Part shown: positions 16,993 through 26,500 of the stretch, piece by piece
How the letters are laid out: each line of letters opens with the position of its first letter
Numbering within the stretch: position 1 is the stretch's first letter
IMG/VR virus record: IMGVR_UViG_3300045970_000046
Coordinates: 1 to 64,000 of that record
Direction: 5' to 3' (one strand)
Source: a virus
DNA: 64,000 nt
Translations under genes and position numbers: made by a program
The notes under the pieces: generated by a model
Databases searched by the model: none
What the model was told of the DNA's origin: nothing
Seen by the model: the letters and a program-made list of their open reading frames with translations, nothing else

Positions 16993-17757
16993 TTACCCTG
17001 CAGGACGAGCCCACGGCGGAACAGCGCTACCGGCCGGAGCGTCCGGAACACCCGGAGGCGGCGGGGGAGCAGCGGGAGCCGGGGGAGCCGGCGGAGGAGC
17101 TGCCGGAACCGGAACCCATGCACCACCAGTCAGCCGGTGACCGTTAACGACGTCACCCTCCTTGTACGAAGGGGGAGCCGCCGGCGCCTGTACAACAGGG
17201 GGAGCAACGGGGGCCGCGACCGGTGTAGGGGCGGGAGCAGCGGTGGTCTGAGCCGCCGCACTAGCCCACGGCGGAGCCGCCGGAGTAGCGGACGGGGCCT
17301 GGGTCGGAGCGTGACCCGGAGCCGCCACCGGGGCCGGACCCTTCCCATCAACAGCCTTGAAACCCTTCACCTCGTTCGACGGATCGTACGGCTGACCCGT
17401 AGTCGGATTGATCTGCCCAGACTTAATGCTGAGGCGAACCTGGAGGGGAAGACCGTGGAGCTGCTGGCTATCTTGAACCTGGATAACACCAATGGCGTGG
17501 CAGATAGCGGACAGCTGCTTCTGTGCGATCTCCACGGCCACGGGATTAGCGTTCTGAAGGTTCAGGTTGGTGAAAATCTTCCGGTTACGGTACTGGCCGT
17601 CGATAACCTCTAGGGTCAGCTTGAGGTACTGACCGTCGTTGTTCTTAGTCGCCTCCATAGACGACTCTTTGATCATTGCATTGTACCACCCGGCCGGTAG
17701 CGGTTCAAATGCATCGGCAGGCTGGACATTCGTCGCGTCGAAATTCAGATTAGCCAT
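16993..17757 (-). CDS. single-stranded DNA-binding protein (DUF669-like)
   Basis: FEPLPAGWY, NLNL.N.N..AVEIA, NEVKGF; Pro/Ala tail ending PPW. Confidence 0.85.
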   Translation of the reverse strand: MANLNFDATNVQPADAFEPLPAGWYNAMIKESSMEATKNNDGQYLKLTLEVIDGQYRNRKIFTNLNLQNANPVAVEIAQKQLSAICHAIGVIQVQDSQQLHGLPLQVRLSIKSGQINPTTGQPYDPSNEVKGFKAVDGKGPAPVAAPGHAPTQAPSATPAAPPWASAAAQTTAAPAPTPVAAPVAPPVVQAPAAPPSYKEGDVVNGHRLTGGAWVPVPAAPPPAPPAPAAPPPPPGVPDAPAGSAVPPWARPAG

Positions 17758-17766
17758 TACTACTCC

Positions 17767-18450
17767 TTACGGGGTGAGGATTTTGTTGAACAGCACTGTG
17801 AGGTTGGGTTCTTCTATCGGGTTCAGCGCACCACTACGGTCTTTGGATACATACTGAATATCCGGTTGAGTCTGGAGATAACGATACGTCTGATTACCAC
17901 TACCTCCAATACGAAGGGCGAATACTTCGTCGAAGAAATACGGAAGGGCTGGACCAAGCTTAGCCCCCGGCATCGATGGTCCATACTGAATTACTCCCGT
18001 CATCTCGTCTTTGGCTGTCTCCATCTTAGCCGTAACACAGACGTGCTTACCGGGTAGGTCACGGAAGGCCCGAATTAACTCGGACATCTGAGGAATAATC
18101 TCCCCATACGCCTTTCGTGGATCCTTAGCACCAACTGTCTTAACTAGATTGGACAAGACCACCTCGGCCATCTCCGTAATAGAGTCGAGGCAGATAGTCC
18201 AGAACTGCTGTGCTTCCTTTGAAGACACACACCACTGATAGGCTTCGTACAGTTCGGTCAGTGTACGAATTTCGATCGCCGCAACCTTCTGTTTACGGAG
18301 TGAAAGTAACCCCTTTTCAGCTGATAGGATTACCGGGTTAGGTGCTGTAGAACAAAGAAACGTCTTACCGACACCGGAGCCTCCGAACACTAGACATTTA
18401 ACACCACTAGAAGAAGAAACCTGATCGGTCGAAGTGAGCTTAATGGTCAT
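17767..18450 (-). CDS. AAA_24/Sak4-like NTPase (recombination)
   Basis: GGSGVGKT, LDSITE, KDRSG. Confidence 0.85.
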   Translation of the reverse strand: MTIKLTSTDQVSSSSGVKCLVFGGSGVGKTFLCSTAPNPVILSAEKGLLSLRKQKVAAIEIRTLTELYEAYQWCVSSKEAQQFWTICLDSITEMAEVVLSNLVKTVGAKDPRKAYGEIIPQMSELIRAFRDLPGKHVCVTAKMETAKDEMTGVIQYGPSMPGAKLGPALPYFFDEVFALRIGGSGNQTYRYLQTQPDIQYVSKDRSGALNPIEEPNLTVLFNKILTP

Positions 18451-18465
18451 TTGGAGTACCGTATA

Positions 18466-18879
18466 CTACTTCACTTTGGGGGCGACTATCTCCAACGTTG
18501 GTGCTCCGTTTCGGATGATGAGGCACTGATCGAAGATTAACCGAGCAGCGTCAGATAACTCGCGGTAGGCCTTTATGTTCACTTCAGGTACTTCGCGGAT
18601 TAGTCCTTCCGTATTGAACAACTGCTTCTGCATAGCCTCGATAACGGCTTGACGTGCAGCGGGATCAACCTTACGGTCTAACTTGTGTGTATACTTGAGG
18701 GTGTAACCTAGCGGCAAAGTAGTCTTATTGACACCTTCTTCCGGCTTAGGCCAGAAGGTAGAAGCTACCAGACGGCGTAACTCCATCTCCTGAGCAACAA
18801 GTGGCTCCATAGCCTGTTTCATAGCATCTAGGTCATTTCGGGCCGCGTACCACATATTCAATAGTTCATCATTCGTCAT
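18466..18879 (-). CDS. hypothetical replication-module protein
   Basis: ORF; position upstream of AAA/SSB. Confidence 0.75.
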   Translation of the reverse strand: MTNDELLNMWYAARNDLDAMKQAMEPLVAQEMELRRLVASTFWPKPEEGVNKTTLPLGYTLKYTHKLDRKVDPAARQAVIEAMQKQLFNTEGLIREVPEVNIKAYRELSDAARLIFDQCLIIRNGAPTLEIVAPKVK

Positions 18880-19260
18880 TTACTTCTCCAGATAAGCTAT
18901 AGCTAGGCGTAAGATTGCGTGGTCTTCCTTGAAGAGCCCTAATCCACTATTGCAAGAATAACACAGAATGCCACGTATAGCCCCTGTTTTATGATTATGG
19001 TCTACACAAGTTTTTATTGTCGTGGAAATATCTTTTAAACAAAGGGCACATTTACTATCTTGTTGTATAATCATTCTTTCAACATCTTCAAGACTAATTC
19101 CGTAATTATACTTCAAGGCGTGACGTTTATGACGTTCTTTATTCTTAATAACCCATGATAGAGCCGCACACTTACCCGGGCAATATACGATATTGGACTT
19201 AGCCGCTTCAAATACCTCTTTACAGACAGGACACGTCTTTTTATAAATCTTCTTAACCAT
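18880..19260 (-). CDS. endonuclease VII-family nuclease (possibly homing)
   Basis: YGI...QDSKCALC...VDHNH.TG.IRGILC..CN.GLG; start moved from 19401. Confidence 0.88.
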   Translation of the reverse strand: MVKKIYKKTCPVCKEVFEAAKSNIVYCPGKCAALSWVIKNKERHKRHALKYNYGISLEDVERMIIQQDSKCALCLKDISTTIKTCVDHNHKTGAIRGILCYSCNSGLGLFKEDHAILRLAIAYLEK

Positions 19261-19364
19261 TAGAAGCCCTATATTACTACAGCCGATTTTCTGTACAAGT
19301 GATATTTTGTGCGCCTTTGGATCCCCGTATTGTGGGTAACTGATCCGGGGGTTCACCTTTTCAC

Positions 19365-19392
19365 TTGTAAGTAAATAGGGGTGACGTATAAT
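19365..19392 (+). promoter_or_regulatory. promoter for modification/replication operon
   Basis: TTGTAA-16 bp-TATAAT in divergent intergenic region. Confidence 0.6.
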
Positions 19393-19424
19393 GGGCTTCA
19401 CTCTTCATAGGGAGCTTACGTTTT

Positions 19425-19661
19425 ATGGCCAGTAAAATCGGAACATTAATGGAGGAGACAATCAGTCTTCTTCGTGAGAGAACAAAAGCCTTTCCGCATA
19501 TTGCACAGGAGACTGGTATCTCGTTCTATTGGTTGCGTAAATTCGCATACCATGAGATCGATAATCCAAGCGTAAATACCGTTCAGCAACTGTACGAGTA
19601 CCTAGCCGAGCGGAAGTTGGATGTCAAGGTGGAACGTACAGGACCACGGTATGCTGAATAA
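19425..19661 (+). CDS. XRE/Cro-like HTH protein
   Basis: IAQETGISFYWL...NPSVNTVQQL. Confidence 0.8.
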   Translation: MASKIGTLMEETISLLRERTKAFPHIAQETGISFYWLRKFAYHEIDNPSVNTVQQLYEYLAERKLDVKVERTGPRYAE

Positions 19662-20349
19662 TCAAAATCCTGAAAAGGTAACTAAGGATGAAGAGGGTCG
19701 GCTAGATGTACATAGTATCTTTTACACTATACAGGGCGAGGGTCCGTTTGCTGGAACACCTTCGATCTTTGTTCGGTTAGCTGGATGTAATCTTCAGTGC
19801 CCTAAATGTGATACAGAGTATACGGATAACCGTAAGTTAATGGCTATAGAAGCTATAGGCGCCCGGCTAAACGAACTGTGGCCGCGTAGGGCCGGACAGC
19901 TTATCGTCATTACTGGCGGTGAACCATTTAGGCAGACTAATTTAGGTAACTTTGTTACATATCTACGTTCGTTAGAGTATACTGTCCAGATTGAAACTAA
20001 CGGGACACTCTATGTACCGGGTCCTTGGTCTGAAACAACTATCGTCTGTAGTCCTAAGACTTCAAAGATAAACGAGTTCCTTGGTAGGTATATCAAAGCT
20101 CTTAAGTATGTTGTAGATGTAGGTGGTATAGACTCTAGAGATGGTCTACCGTTACAGGTTATGGGTCACGATAGATTACAACCTGTAGCTCGTCCACCGG
20201 CGGGGTACACAGGATTAATCTATCTACAACCTCTTGACGAACAAGACGAAGGCCGTAATCAGCGTAACAAAGAAATAGCTATCAAGAGCTGTCTCCTATA
20301 TGGTCACAGGTTGTGTCTCCAACTCCATAAAATGCTGGATTTACCGTAG
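19651..20349 (+). CDS. queE: 7-carboxy-7-deazaguanine synthase (radical SAM)
   Basis: IFYTIQGEG, RLAGCNLQCPKCDT, TGGEP, IETNG, LQLHK. Confidence 0.95.
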   Translation: MLNNQNPEKVTKDEEGRLDVHSIFYTIQGEGPFAGTPSIFVRLAGCNLQCPKCDTEYTDNRKLMAIEAIGARLNELWPRRAGQLIVITGGEPFRQTNLGNFVTYLRSLEYTVQIETNGTLYVPGPWSETTIVCSPKTSKINEFLGRYIKALKYVVDVGGIDSRDGLPLQVMGHDRLQPVARPPAGYTGLIYLQPLDEQDEGRNQRNKEIAIKSCLLYGHRLCLQLHKMLDLP

Positions 20350-20362
20350 CGAGGTTAGATTA

Positions 20363-20536
20363 ATGGACAGAGAAATGCTTGTAAAGTTTCTTGAGTTACT
20401 TGTTGACAAGGAGCGCCGTCTAGAGAAGGGCGCCAAAGACGGATTTGTGGATACTATGACGCACGGGGACCTAATGGAGATCCGGCGCTTTAAGTATCAA
20501 GTTGAAGACCTTCTTTCAGGGCGTAGGGTGGCTTAA
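20363..20536 (+). CDS. small hypothetical protein
   Basis: GAGG RBS; coupled to queC. Confidence 0.55.
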   Translation: MDREMLVKFLELLVDKERRLEKGAKDGFVDTMTHGDLMEIRRFKYQVEDLLSGRRVA

Positions 20537-20574
20537 TGGATAACGAACGTTCTAGGACACGGGAGCACGGTGAA

Positions 20575-21396
20575 ATGCGCGCGGTAGTCGTTCTTTCTGG
20601 TGGACAGGATTCTACAACGTGCCTTTTCTGGGCGTTAGAAAATGGGATCGATAAGGTCTACCCTGTAACCTTCGACTATAACCAACGGCATAGCCGAGAG
20701 ATCGACTCAGCGCGTACAATTGTTGATCTCGCTCGTAGGTGGTACGGCTACAATAGGGTTATGGAACATGAAGTTGTAACTCTCGGTCCTGTCCTGAAGG
20801 GAGCGTCACCCCTTGTTTCTCAGAGTAATCTCGAGCAGTACAAAGATCCAGACTCTCTACCGGGTGGACTCGAAAAGACATTCGTTCCAATGCGTAACCA
20901 GTTATTCCTCACGTTGGCAGCCAATCGTGCTGCGGTACATGGCTGTGAGGCATTGGTTACTGGCGTATGTGAAGAGGATTATGGCGGTTATCCCGACTGT
21001 CGACAAACGTTTATCCATGCACTGCAGCATGCATGCAACTTGGGTACGTTCACTGGAGAAGACGGTGCACCACAGTCACTCGCCATTCTTACGCCGCTGA
21101 TGAAACTCTCTAAGGCAGCTACCGTAGCCTTAGCTATGAATCTGAACGGGTGTTACGCAGCCTTAGCCTATAGCCACACCTCGTACGATGGTCAGTATCC
21201 CCCTACAGGTCACGACCACGCAACCCTACTCCGTGAAAAGGGTTTCCGTGACGCTAATGTACCCGATCCTCTTGTCCTGCGGGCATATCTCGAAGGTTTG
21301 ATGGACCTTCCGGAGTGGTATAGGAAGATCGCTAACCTACGGAATTTCTTCGCTATGGCAAACCTTGACTACACTACTGTAGCGGAGAAACTCTAA
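20575..21396 (+). CDS. queC: 7-cyano-7-deazaguanine synthase
   Basis: VLSGGQDSTTC, FDYNQRH, FVPMRN, GYPDCR, TPLM; alternative start 20536. Confidence 0.93.
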   Translation: MRAVVVLSGGQDSTTCLFWALENGIDKVYPVTFDYNQRHSREIDSARTIVDLARRWYGYNRVMEHEVVTLGPVLKGASPLVSQSNLEQYKDPDSLPGGLEKTFVPMRNQLFLTLAANRAAVHGCEALVTGVCEEDYGGYPDCRQTFIHALQHACNLGTFTGEDGAPQSLAILTPLMKLSKAATVALAMNLNGCYAALAYSHTSYDGQYPPTGHDHATLLREKGFRDANVPDPLVLRAYLEGLMDLPEWYRKIANLRNFFAMANLDYTTVAEKL

Positions 21397-21845
21397 TGGA
21401 GCCGACGTTCGTTTACGGTGGTTATCATACGGCTACGAGGTACCATGACATTTCGTGCGGACACAGAGTCGTCGGCCATGAAGGCAAGTGCCGGTTCCTA
21501 CATGGTCATAATTATCGCGTGCATTTTACTTGCCGCGCTAGAAATCTGGACAGCGTTGGCCGGGTAGTAGACTTCGGTGTTATCAAAGAAGCCTTATGCA
21601 TGTGGCTAGAGGTGCATTGGGACCATAAGATGTTACTATGGGACCAAGACCAAATGTGTGCTGCGTTCGAAGTTGAGGATGTAGACTATGTTCCGGTACC
21701 GTTTAATCCAACCGCCGAGAATATGGCCGAGTATTTAGTTCGGAACGTAGCACCCGCGCAGCTTGGCGACCTAGATGTAGAATGCTTCCGCGTTACTATC
21801 GAAGAAACCTCTAAGTGCTCCGCTACCTACGAGATTCAAAAATGA
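21396..21845 (+). CDS. queD: 6-carboxytetrahydropterin synthase
   Basis: GH...C..LHGHNY, VDFG.IK, DH, PTAEN, EET. Confidence 0.95.
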   Translation: MEPTFVYGGYHTATRYHDISCGHRVVGHEGKCRFLHGHNYRVHFTCRARNLDSVGRVVDFGVIKEALCMWLEVHWDHKMLLWDQDQMCAAFEVEDVDYVPVPFNPTAENMAEYLVRNVAPAQLGDLDVECFRVTIEETSKCSATYEIQK

Positions 21846-22723
21846 TCCGGAAGATTACCAACAGCGAAGTAAATCAATTTGCCTTTATGACGGCTGTAGA
21901 CATTGGCCTTAATCATACAGCCCCAAAGGTCTACCCTATTCCTCGTGGTGGTATTCCGGCAGCCTATGCGGTTAAGACGCATATGTCAGGTATGACGGTT
22001 GTAGATAGTCCTGAAGAGGCCACTATCTTTATCGACGACCTTATCGACTCTGGGGCTACGCAGGATAAGTACGCCGCGCAGTATCCGGGTAAGCCATTCT
22101 ACGCATTACTAGATAAACGAACACCGTCATGGAAGCAGGTGTGGATTGTCTGGCCTTGGGAAGAGACGGCTGAGTCTTCAATTGAGGATAATATTCTCCG
22201 ACTACTTGAGTATGTTGGAGAGGACGTTAGTCGTGAAGGTCTTAAGGAGACTCCTAAACGTGTTGCTAAGGCGTGGAGGGAGTGGTGCTCTGGTTACTTC
22301 CAGAAGCCGGAAGATATCTTAAAAACCTTTATCGACGGAGCTGATGGTTGTGACGAGATGGTAATTCAGAAGGACATTCCCTTCTACTCGCACTGTGAAC
22401 ACCATCTAGCTCCGTTCTTCGGAACCGTAACTATCGCCTATATCCCGAGCGGTAAGATCGTAGGTCTGTCTAAGCTGGCTAGGTTGTCTGACATCTACGC
22501 CAAGCGGTTACAGGTTCAGGAACGGTATACCAATCAGATCGCCAACGCCCTAATGGATAATCTACAGCCTAAGGGTGTCGGAGTAGTCGTTAGGGCGCGC
22601 CACCTCTGCATCGAGTCCCGAGGTGTGGACAAGCAGGGTCACTACACAGTCACCAGTGCGTTACGCGGAGTAATGCGTAGCCTTCCGGAGGCTAGGGCCG
22701 AGTTTCTCTCCCTAGCGAGATAG
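21842..22723 (+). CDS. folE: type I phosphoribosyltransferase - GTP cyclohydrolase I fusion
   Basis: N-term PRGG, FIDDLIDSGAT, WIVWPWE; C-term REGL.ETP.R, CEHH, GLSKL.R, RLQVQER, HLC...RG. Confidence 0.92.
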   Translation: MIRKITNSEVNQFAFMTAVDIGLNHTAPKVYPIPRGGIPAAYAVKTHMSGMTVVDSPEEATIFIDDLIDSGATQDKYAAQYPGKPFYALLDKRTPSWKQVWIVWPWEETAESSIEDNILRLLEYVGEDVSREGLKETPKRVAKAWREWCSGYFQKPEDILKTFIDGADGCDEMVIQKDIPFYSHCEHHLAPFFGTVTIAYIPSGKIVGLSKLARLSDIYAKRLQVQERYTNQIANALMDNLQPKGVGVVVRARHLCIESRGVDKQGHYTVTSALRGVMRSLPEARAEFLSLAR

Positions 22724-23730
22724 TGCGCCTATTCCTAGCTGCTTGTTATACTTCGAACTTCGGTAAAGTCGGTACGATTTATTCGAAGCTTACGGACGGT
22801 GAGAAGTATCACCGTGACATCTATAAGAATATCCTCGAGTCGTATCACTATATCCACAAAGAGAGTTACGTCGAAAAGATTAAGACCGATAAGCAAACCG
22901 TGTTCCTAGACTCTGGTGCGTTCTCCGCCTTTACTAAGGGTGTCGAGATCGATATACCTGAGTATTGCGACTATGTAAAACGGAACAAGGATATTATCGA
23001 GGAGGTACCTGTAGACTTTCACGGGTGGAAGGGTAATGTTCAGCTCTTCTCCGTACTCGACTGTATTGGTGACAAAGAGAAGGGTGCCGGTACTCTCCGT
23101 AATCAACAGAAGATGGAGAAGCTCGGAGTATTCCCCCTACCCTGCTTCCACTACGGAGAAGATGAAAAGTATCTAGAACATTATATTAGAAACTATCCGT
23201 ATATCACGTTAGGAGGTATGGTTCCTATCACAACTAAACAGCTCTATCACTGGCTGGATAGGATGTGGGATAAGTACCTTACAGATGAGAACGGCGTTCC
23301 GAAGGTCAAGGTGCATGGGTTCGGCTTAACAACACTAGAACTAATGACGAGGTACCCTTGGTACTCCGTGGACTCGTCGTCGTGGGTACAGATAGCGGTT
23401 CACGGTAACATACTGATCCCCGACGGTCACCTAGACGGTGTACAGATTAACCCCAACGAGATCCACACACCCGGCGACAAAATTCTCGCGATATCGTCGG
23501 ATAGTCCCCGCACCAAAGAACAATGGGCACATTACGATACCTTACCCGAACAGATGCAACAGGCTGTTCTTAAGTGTATCAATAAGACTGGTTTCGAAGT
23601 TAACAGACTACGGACCAGTGCTTATTCCAGATGGGCGTGGAACTTCTTCGCCTTTAGAGAAATCGAAAAGCGGGTTAACGCTCACGATACTATTCATTTT
23701 AAACCCGAACAGAGATTACTTTTCGGATGA
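22723..23730 (+). CDS. dpdA: TGT-fold DNA-guanine transglycosylase
   Basis: FLDSGAFS, LD.IGD, P.FH.GE, LGG.V, VHGFG, SVDSSSW; located in que operon. Confidence 0.85.
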   Translation: MRLFLAACYTSNFGKVGTIYSKLTDGEKYHRDIYKNILESYHYIHKESYVEKIKTDKQTVFLDSGAFSAFTKGVEIDIPEYCDYVKRNKDIIEEVPVDFHGWKGNVQLFSVLDCIGDKEKGAGTLRNQQKMEKLGVFPLPCFHYGEDEKYLEHYIRNYPYITLGGMVPITTKQLYHWLDRMWDKYLTDENGVPKVKVHGFGLTTLELMTRYPWYSVDSSSWVQIAVHGNILIPDGHLDGVQINPNEIHTPGDKILAISSDSPRTKEQWAHYDTLPEQMQQAVLKCINKTGFEVNRLRTSAYSRWAWNFFAFREIEKRVNAHDTIHFKPEQRLLFG

Positions 23731-24251
23731 TATCTTGGGACTACGAAGGTTCTGAAGGTATAGGTCCTGGTCAACAGGCTTTTTGTGCTATTCCATACTG
23801 TACACGGGCAACCGAACAGCGTGGTTTATGTAACTCATGCTTTCAGGCGTGGTACCGCTATGGAATGATTGGTTTGGAAAGACGGGCTCGTCGTGTAGAG
23901 TTAGGCCTCGGTACCCGAATTATCGTTCCACTACAATTAGAGCCAGCCTTAGAGTTACTAACATCGACGTATGAAAAACTACTAGAATCTGAAGAAAACG
24001 ATAGTGAATACCAGAAGATAAGACAGTGCCTTATCAGGATATGTAAGGCAATTGGGACCATAGAACTTCGTAAAGAATATCGTCGCCAACAGAACCGTCG
24101 TAAACTTGAATATATCGCACGTTATGGTCGAAAGGCATGGTTAAAGAAACAGAGTGATAGTCAACTAGCCTATAGGCAACGTAAGATAGCTAAGGGTTGG
24201 AAAAGAACAACAGTCGACGGTCGTCAAACTTGGATAAAAGCTAATGAATAA
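23727..24251 (+). CDS. hypothetical basic protein with N-terminal Cys motif
   Basis: CAIPYC...GLCNSC; ATGA coupling. Confidence 0.6.
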   Translation: MISWDYEGSEGIGPGQQAFCAIPYCTRATEQRGLCNSCFQAWYRYGMIGLERRARRVELGLGTRIIVPLQLEPALELLTSTYEKLLESEENDSEYQKIRQCLIRICKAIGTIELRKEYRRQQNRRKLEYIARYGRKAWLKKQSDSQLAYRQRKIAKGWKRTTVDGRQTWIKANE

Positions 24252-24705
24252 CGATAGGCCTACATACTATTCTCGTAATCGAGAAAGATTACTAAAACAA
24301 CAAAAAGAACACTACCATAGTGAGCAGGGTCAAGCCGTAAGAAAGGCTTATGTATCTAGTGATGACTTTAGGAAAAAAGACTCAGCTTACCATAAACTTT
24401 ATCTGAAGACACCAAAAGGTAAGCTAATCGCTTATAAACGTGGGGCTAAATCTAGAGAACTTAGTTTTCTATTGACAGTAGAACAATTTAATAATCTGAT
24501 AAGCCAGTCTTGCCATTACTGCGGTGGAGAGGGAGGTGGAATCGATAGATTACATAGACATTTAGGCTATGAACTACGGAATTGTGTTCCAGCATGCTAT
24601 AGATGTAATTTAAGTAAGCATACAATGAACGAACAAGAATTTATGGAATGGATTACAAGAGTATATACACATATGGTAAGTAGTGGTAAGGTAAGGGTAG
24701 GTTAA
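24244..24705 (+). CDS. HNH endonuclease
   Basis: CHYCG...GIDR...GY...NCVPAC..CN..K. Confidence 0.85.
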   Translation: MNNDRPTYYSRNRERLLKQQKEHYHSEQGQAVRKAYVSSDDFRKKDSAYHKLYLKTPKGKLIAYKRGAKSRELSFLLTVEQFNNLISQSCHYCGGEGGGIDRLHRHLGYELRNCVPACYRCNLSKHTMNEQEFMEWITRVYTHMVSSGKVRVG

Positions 24706-24711
24706 TACTGT

Positions 24712-25707
24712 ATGAATTTAGAGGCCCTTACCTTTGCCCAAGGTGGCGTATCACGCAAAGATTTTGTTCCCTCTTTGCAGTTCTTTAACATAGCTGATGG
24801 CCGTATTCTTGGATTTAACGGTAATATCGCAATGAGTAGCCCTATCGACGTAGGGATCTCTTGTAATCCAAAAGCCATCCAGTTCATTAAAGCTATTAAG
24901 ACTTGTCGCGACCCTCAAGTTTCTATCTGGGTAACCGCGGGTAATCGCCTCGCTATTAAGAGTGGTGGGTTCACAGGATTTGTGGACTGTATCGAAGAAC
25001 ACGACTTTCCCGGTATCAAACCCGAAGGTCAGATAATCGATTTACCTACTGACGAGAACGGTCAGGGTACGTTACTTAAATCTCTTGCTATACTAGCCCC
25101 CTTTATCGCAGCAGATGCTTCACGTTCATGGGCCCGTGGTATTCTATTTCGTGGTCGCTCTGCGTACGCGACCAACAATATTATCTTAATCGAACGCTGG
25201 TTAGATGTACCCTTCCCGGTCGAGATTAACATACCGGAAGATACGGTCTACGAATTACTCCGTATCCGTGAAGAGCCGATCAAGTTACAAATTTGTGAGA
25301 ACTCGGCTACATTCCACTATAGGAACGATAGGTGGCTGCGGACCTGTCTGTACGCTACATCTTGGCCTAACCTAACACCTATTCTGGATAAACCCTGTAA
25401 TCCGACACCGATACCGTCTGGTATGCCGTATGCACTAGACGACCTTACAATCTTTACCGATGATCTACAACGTATTTACTTTCAGAAGAACAAGATGTCC
25501 ACAAAGCCGGTCGTAACTGATACGGGGGCCTTTTTCGAAGTTGAAGGTACACCTGACACCGGTTGCTACAATCTTTCTCAGTTGAAGTTACTAATGCAAG
25601 TTGCCCATACCGTAGATTGGACGTTATTCCCTGACTCTCCTTGCTTATTCTTTGGTGACCAACTTAGAGGCGCAATCGTTGGAATGCGTGAAGCTAATGA
25701 GCTGTAA
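24712..25707 (+). CDS. DNA polymerase III beta (sliding clamp)-like protein
   Basis: 331 aa, clamp-like pattern (FP, ATN, WP, P.LF.G...G.I.GMR); position beside polymerase as in 7-deazaguanine siphoviruses. Confidence 0.7.
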   Translation: MNLEALTFAQGGVSRKDFVPSLQFFNIADGRILGFNGNIAMSSPIDVGISCNPKAIQFIKAIKTCRDPQVSIWVTAGNRLAIKSGGFTGFVDCIEEHDFPGIKPEGQIIDLPTDENGQGTLLKSLAILAPFIAADASRSWARGILFRGRSAYATNNIILIERWLDVPFPVEINIPEDTVYELLRIREEPIKLQICENSATFHYRNDRWLRTCLYATSWPNLTPILDKPCNPTPIPSGMPYALDDLTIFTDDLQRIYFQKNKMSTKPVVTDTGAFFEVEGTPDTGCYNLSQLKLLMQVAHTVDWTLFPDSPCLFFGDQLRGAIVGMREANEL

Positions 25708-25787
25708 ATTCGGGCATATAAGCGGAAAAGCCCAGAATGGCGTACAATGGTGGAATGGTTAGACCTCAAACACAAGTTAGGAATCTA

Positions 25788-26012
25788 ATGATTAACGTTA
25801 ATGATGCACAGCCACCGCCTACTGGAACAGGTAAGCCTGTCTGGCCTATTGTCGTAGCCGATATGATCGAACGTAATCAAATCGGTACGAAGAAGTACGG
25901 TACTCCACTCCGAGCCTATAATGGTCGAGACGCACTTATGGACGCCTATCAGGAAGCCTTAGATCTTGTTGTGTATCTCCGGCAGTCTATTTATGAGAGG
26001 GATGGAAAGTGA
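25788..26012 (+). CDS. small all-alpha NTP-pyrophosphatase-like protein
   Basis: R...G.KKYG...DAYQEALDL.VYL. Confidence 0.5.
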   Translation: MINVNDAQPPPTGTGKPVWPIVVADMIERNQIGTKKYGTPLRAYNGRDALMDAYQEALDLVVYLRQSIYERDGK

Positions 26013-26329
26013 GCACACTTAACGAGCTAGCTACAGCTATTAGGACCAACGCTATCAAGAAGGGGTTCTGGGACAAGGACCGTAACTTCGGTGAGATGAT
26101 TGCACTAATTCACAGTGAGGCCTCGGAAGCCCTCGAGGAACACCGTGCCGGTAAGCCGGCACTATACGTAGGTGATCATGGTAAGCCTGAAGGTTGGGCT
26201 ATCGAGATTATCGACGTTATGATTCGGTGTTTAGACACGATTGGTCCTGGTCACGACATCGACACCCTAATGCGGGCTAAGATGGAGTACAATGCCACTC
26301 GACCCAAGATGCACGGTAAAGCCTACTAA
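26009..26329 (+). CDS. MazG-like nucleotide pyrophosphohydrolase
   Basis: LIHSEASEALE...EIID..IR.LD...K..YN..R. Confidence 0.85.
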   Translation: MSTLNELATAIRTNAIKKGFWDKDRNFGEMIALIHSEASEALEEHRAGKPALYVGDHGKPEGWAIEIIDVMIRCLDTIGPGHDIDTLMRAKMEYNATRPKMHGKAY

Positions 26330-26492
26330 TCGTAAGAAGCTCTATGTAGCCCATATCGGCTACACTATACCAGACCATATCTTATACATTGGGGCTTACT
26401 CTAGAAAACAGGCTTGGGTCTTAGCCCCTAAGTATAGTTCTAATATGAACGTATTTTCGATTGAAGAAAAAGGCCCTCTGGTAGAACCATAG
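26292..26492 (+). CDS. small hypothetical protein
   Basis: fills gap; start uncertain. Confidence 0.4.
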   Translation: MPLDPRCTVKPTNRKKLYVAHIGYTIPDHILYIGAYSRKQAWVLAPKYSSNMNVFSIEEKGPLVEP

Positions 26493-26500
26493 GAGTATCT

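Noticed and set aside
19651-23730. Archaeosine (dG+) or dPreQ1 modification
   Set aside because: No Gat-QueC, QueF-L, ArcS or QueF in the window; they could lie elsewhere in the genome
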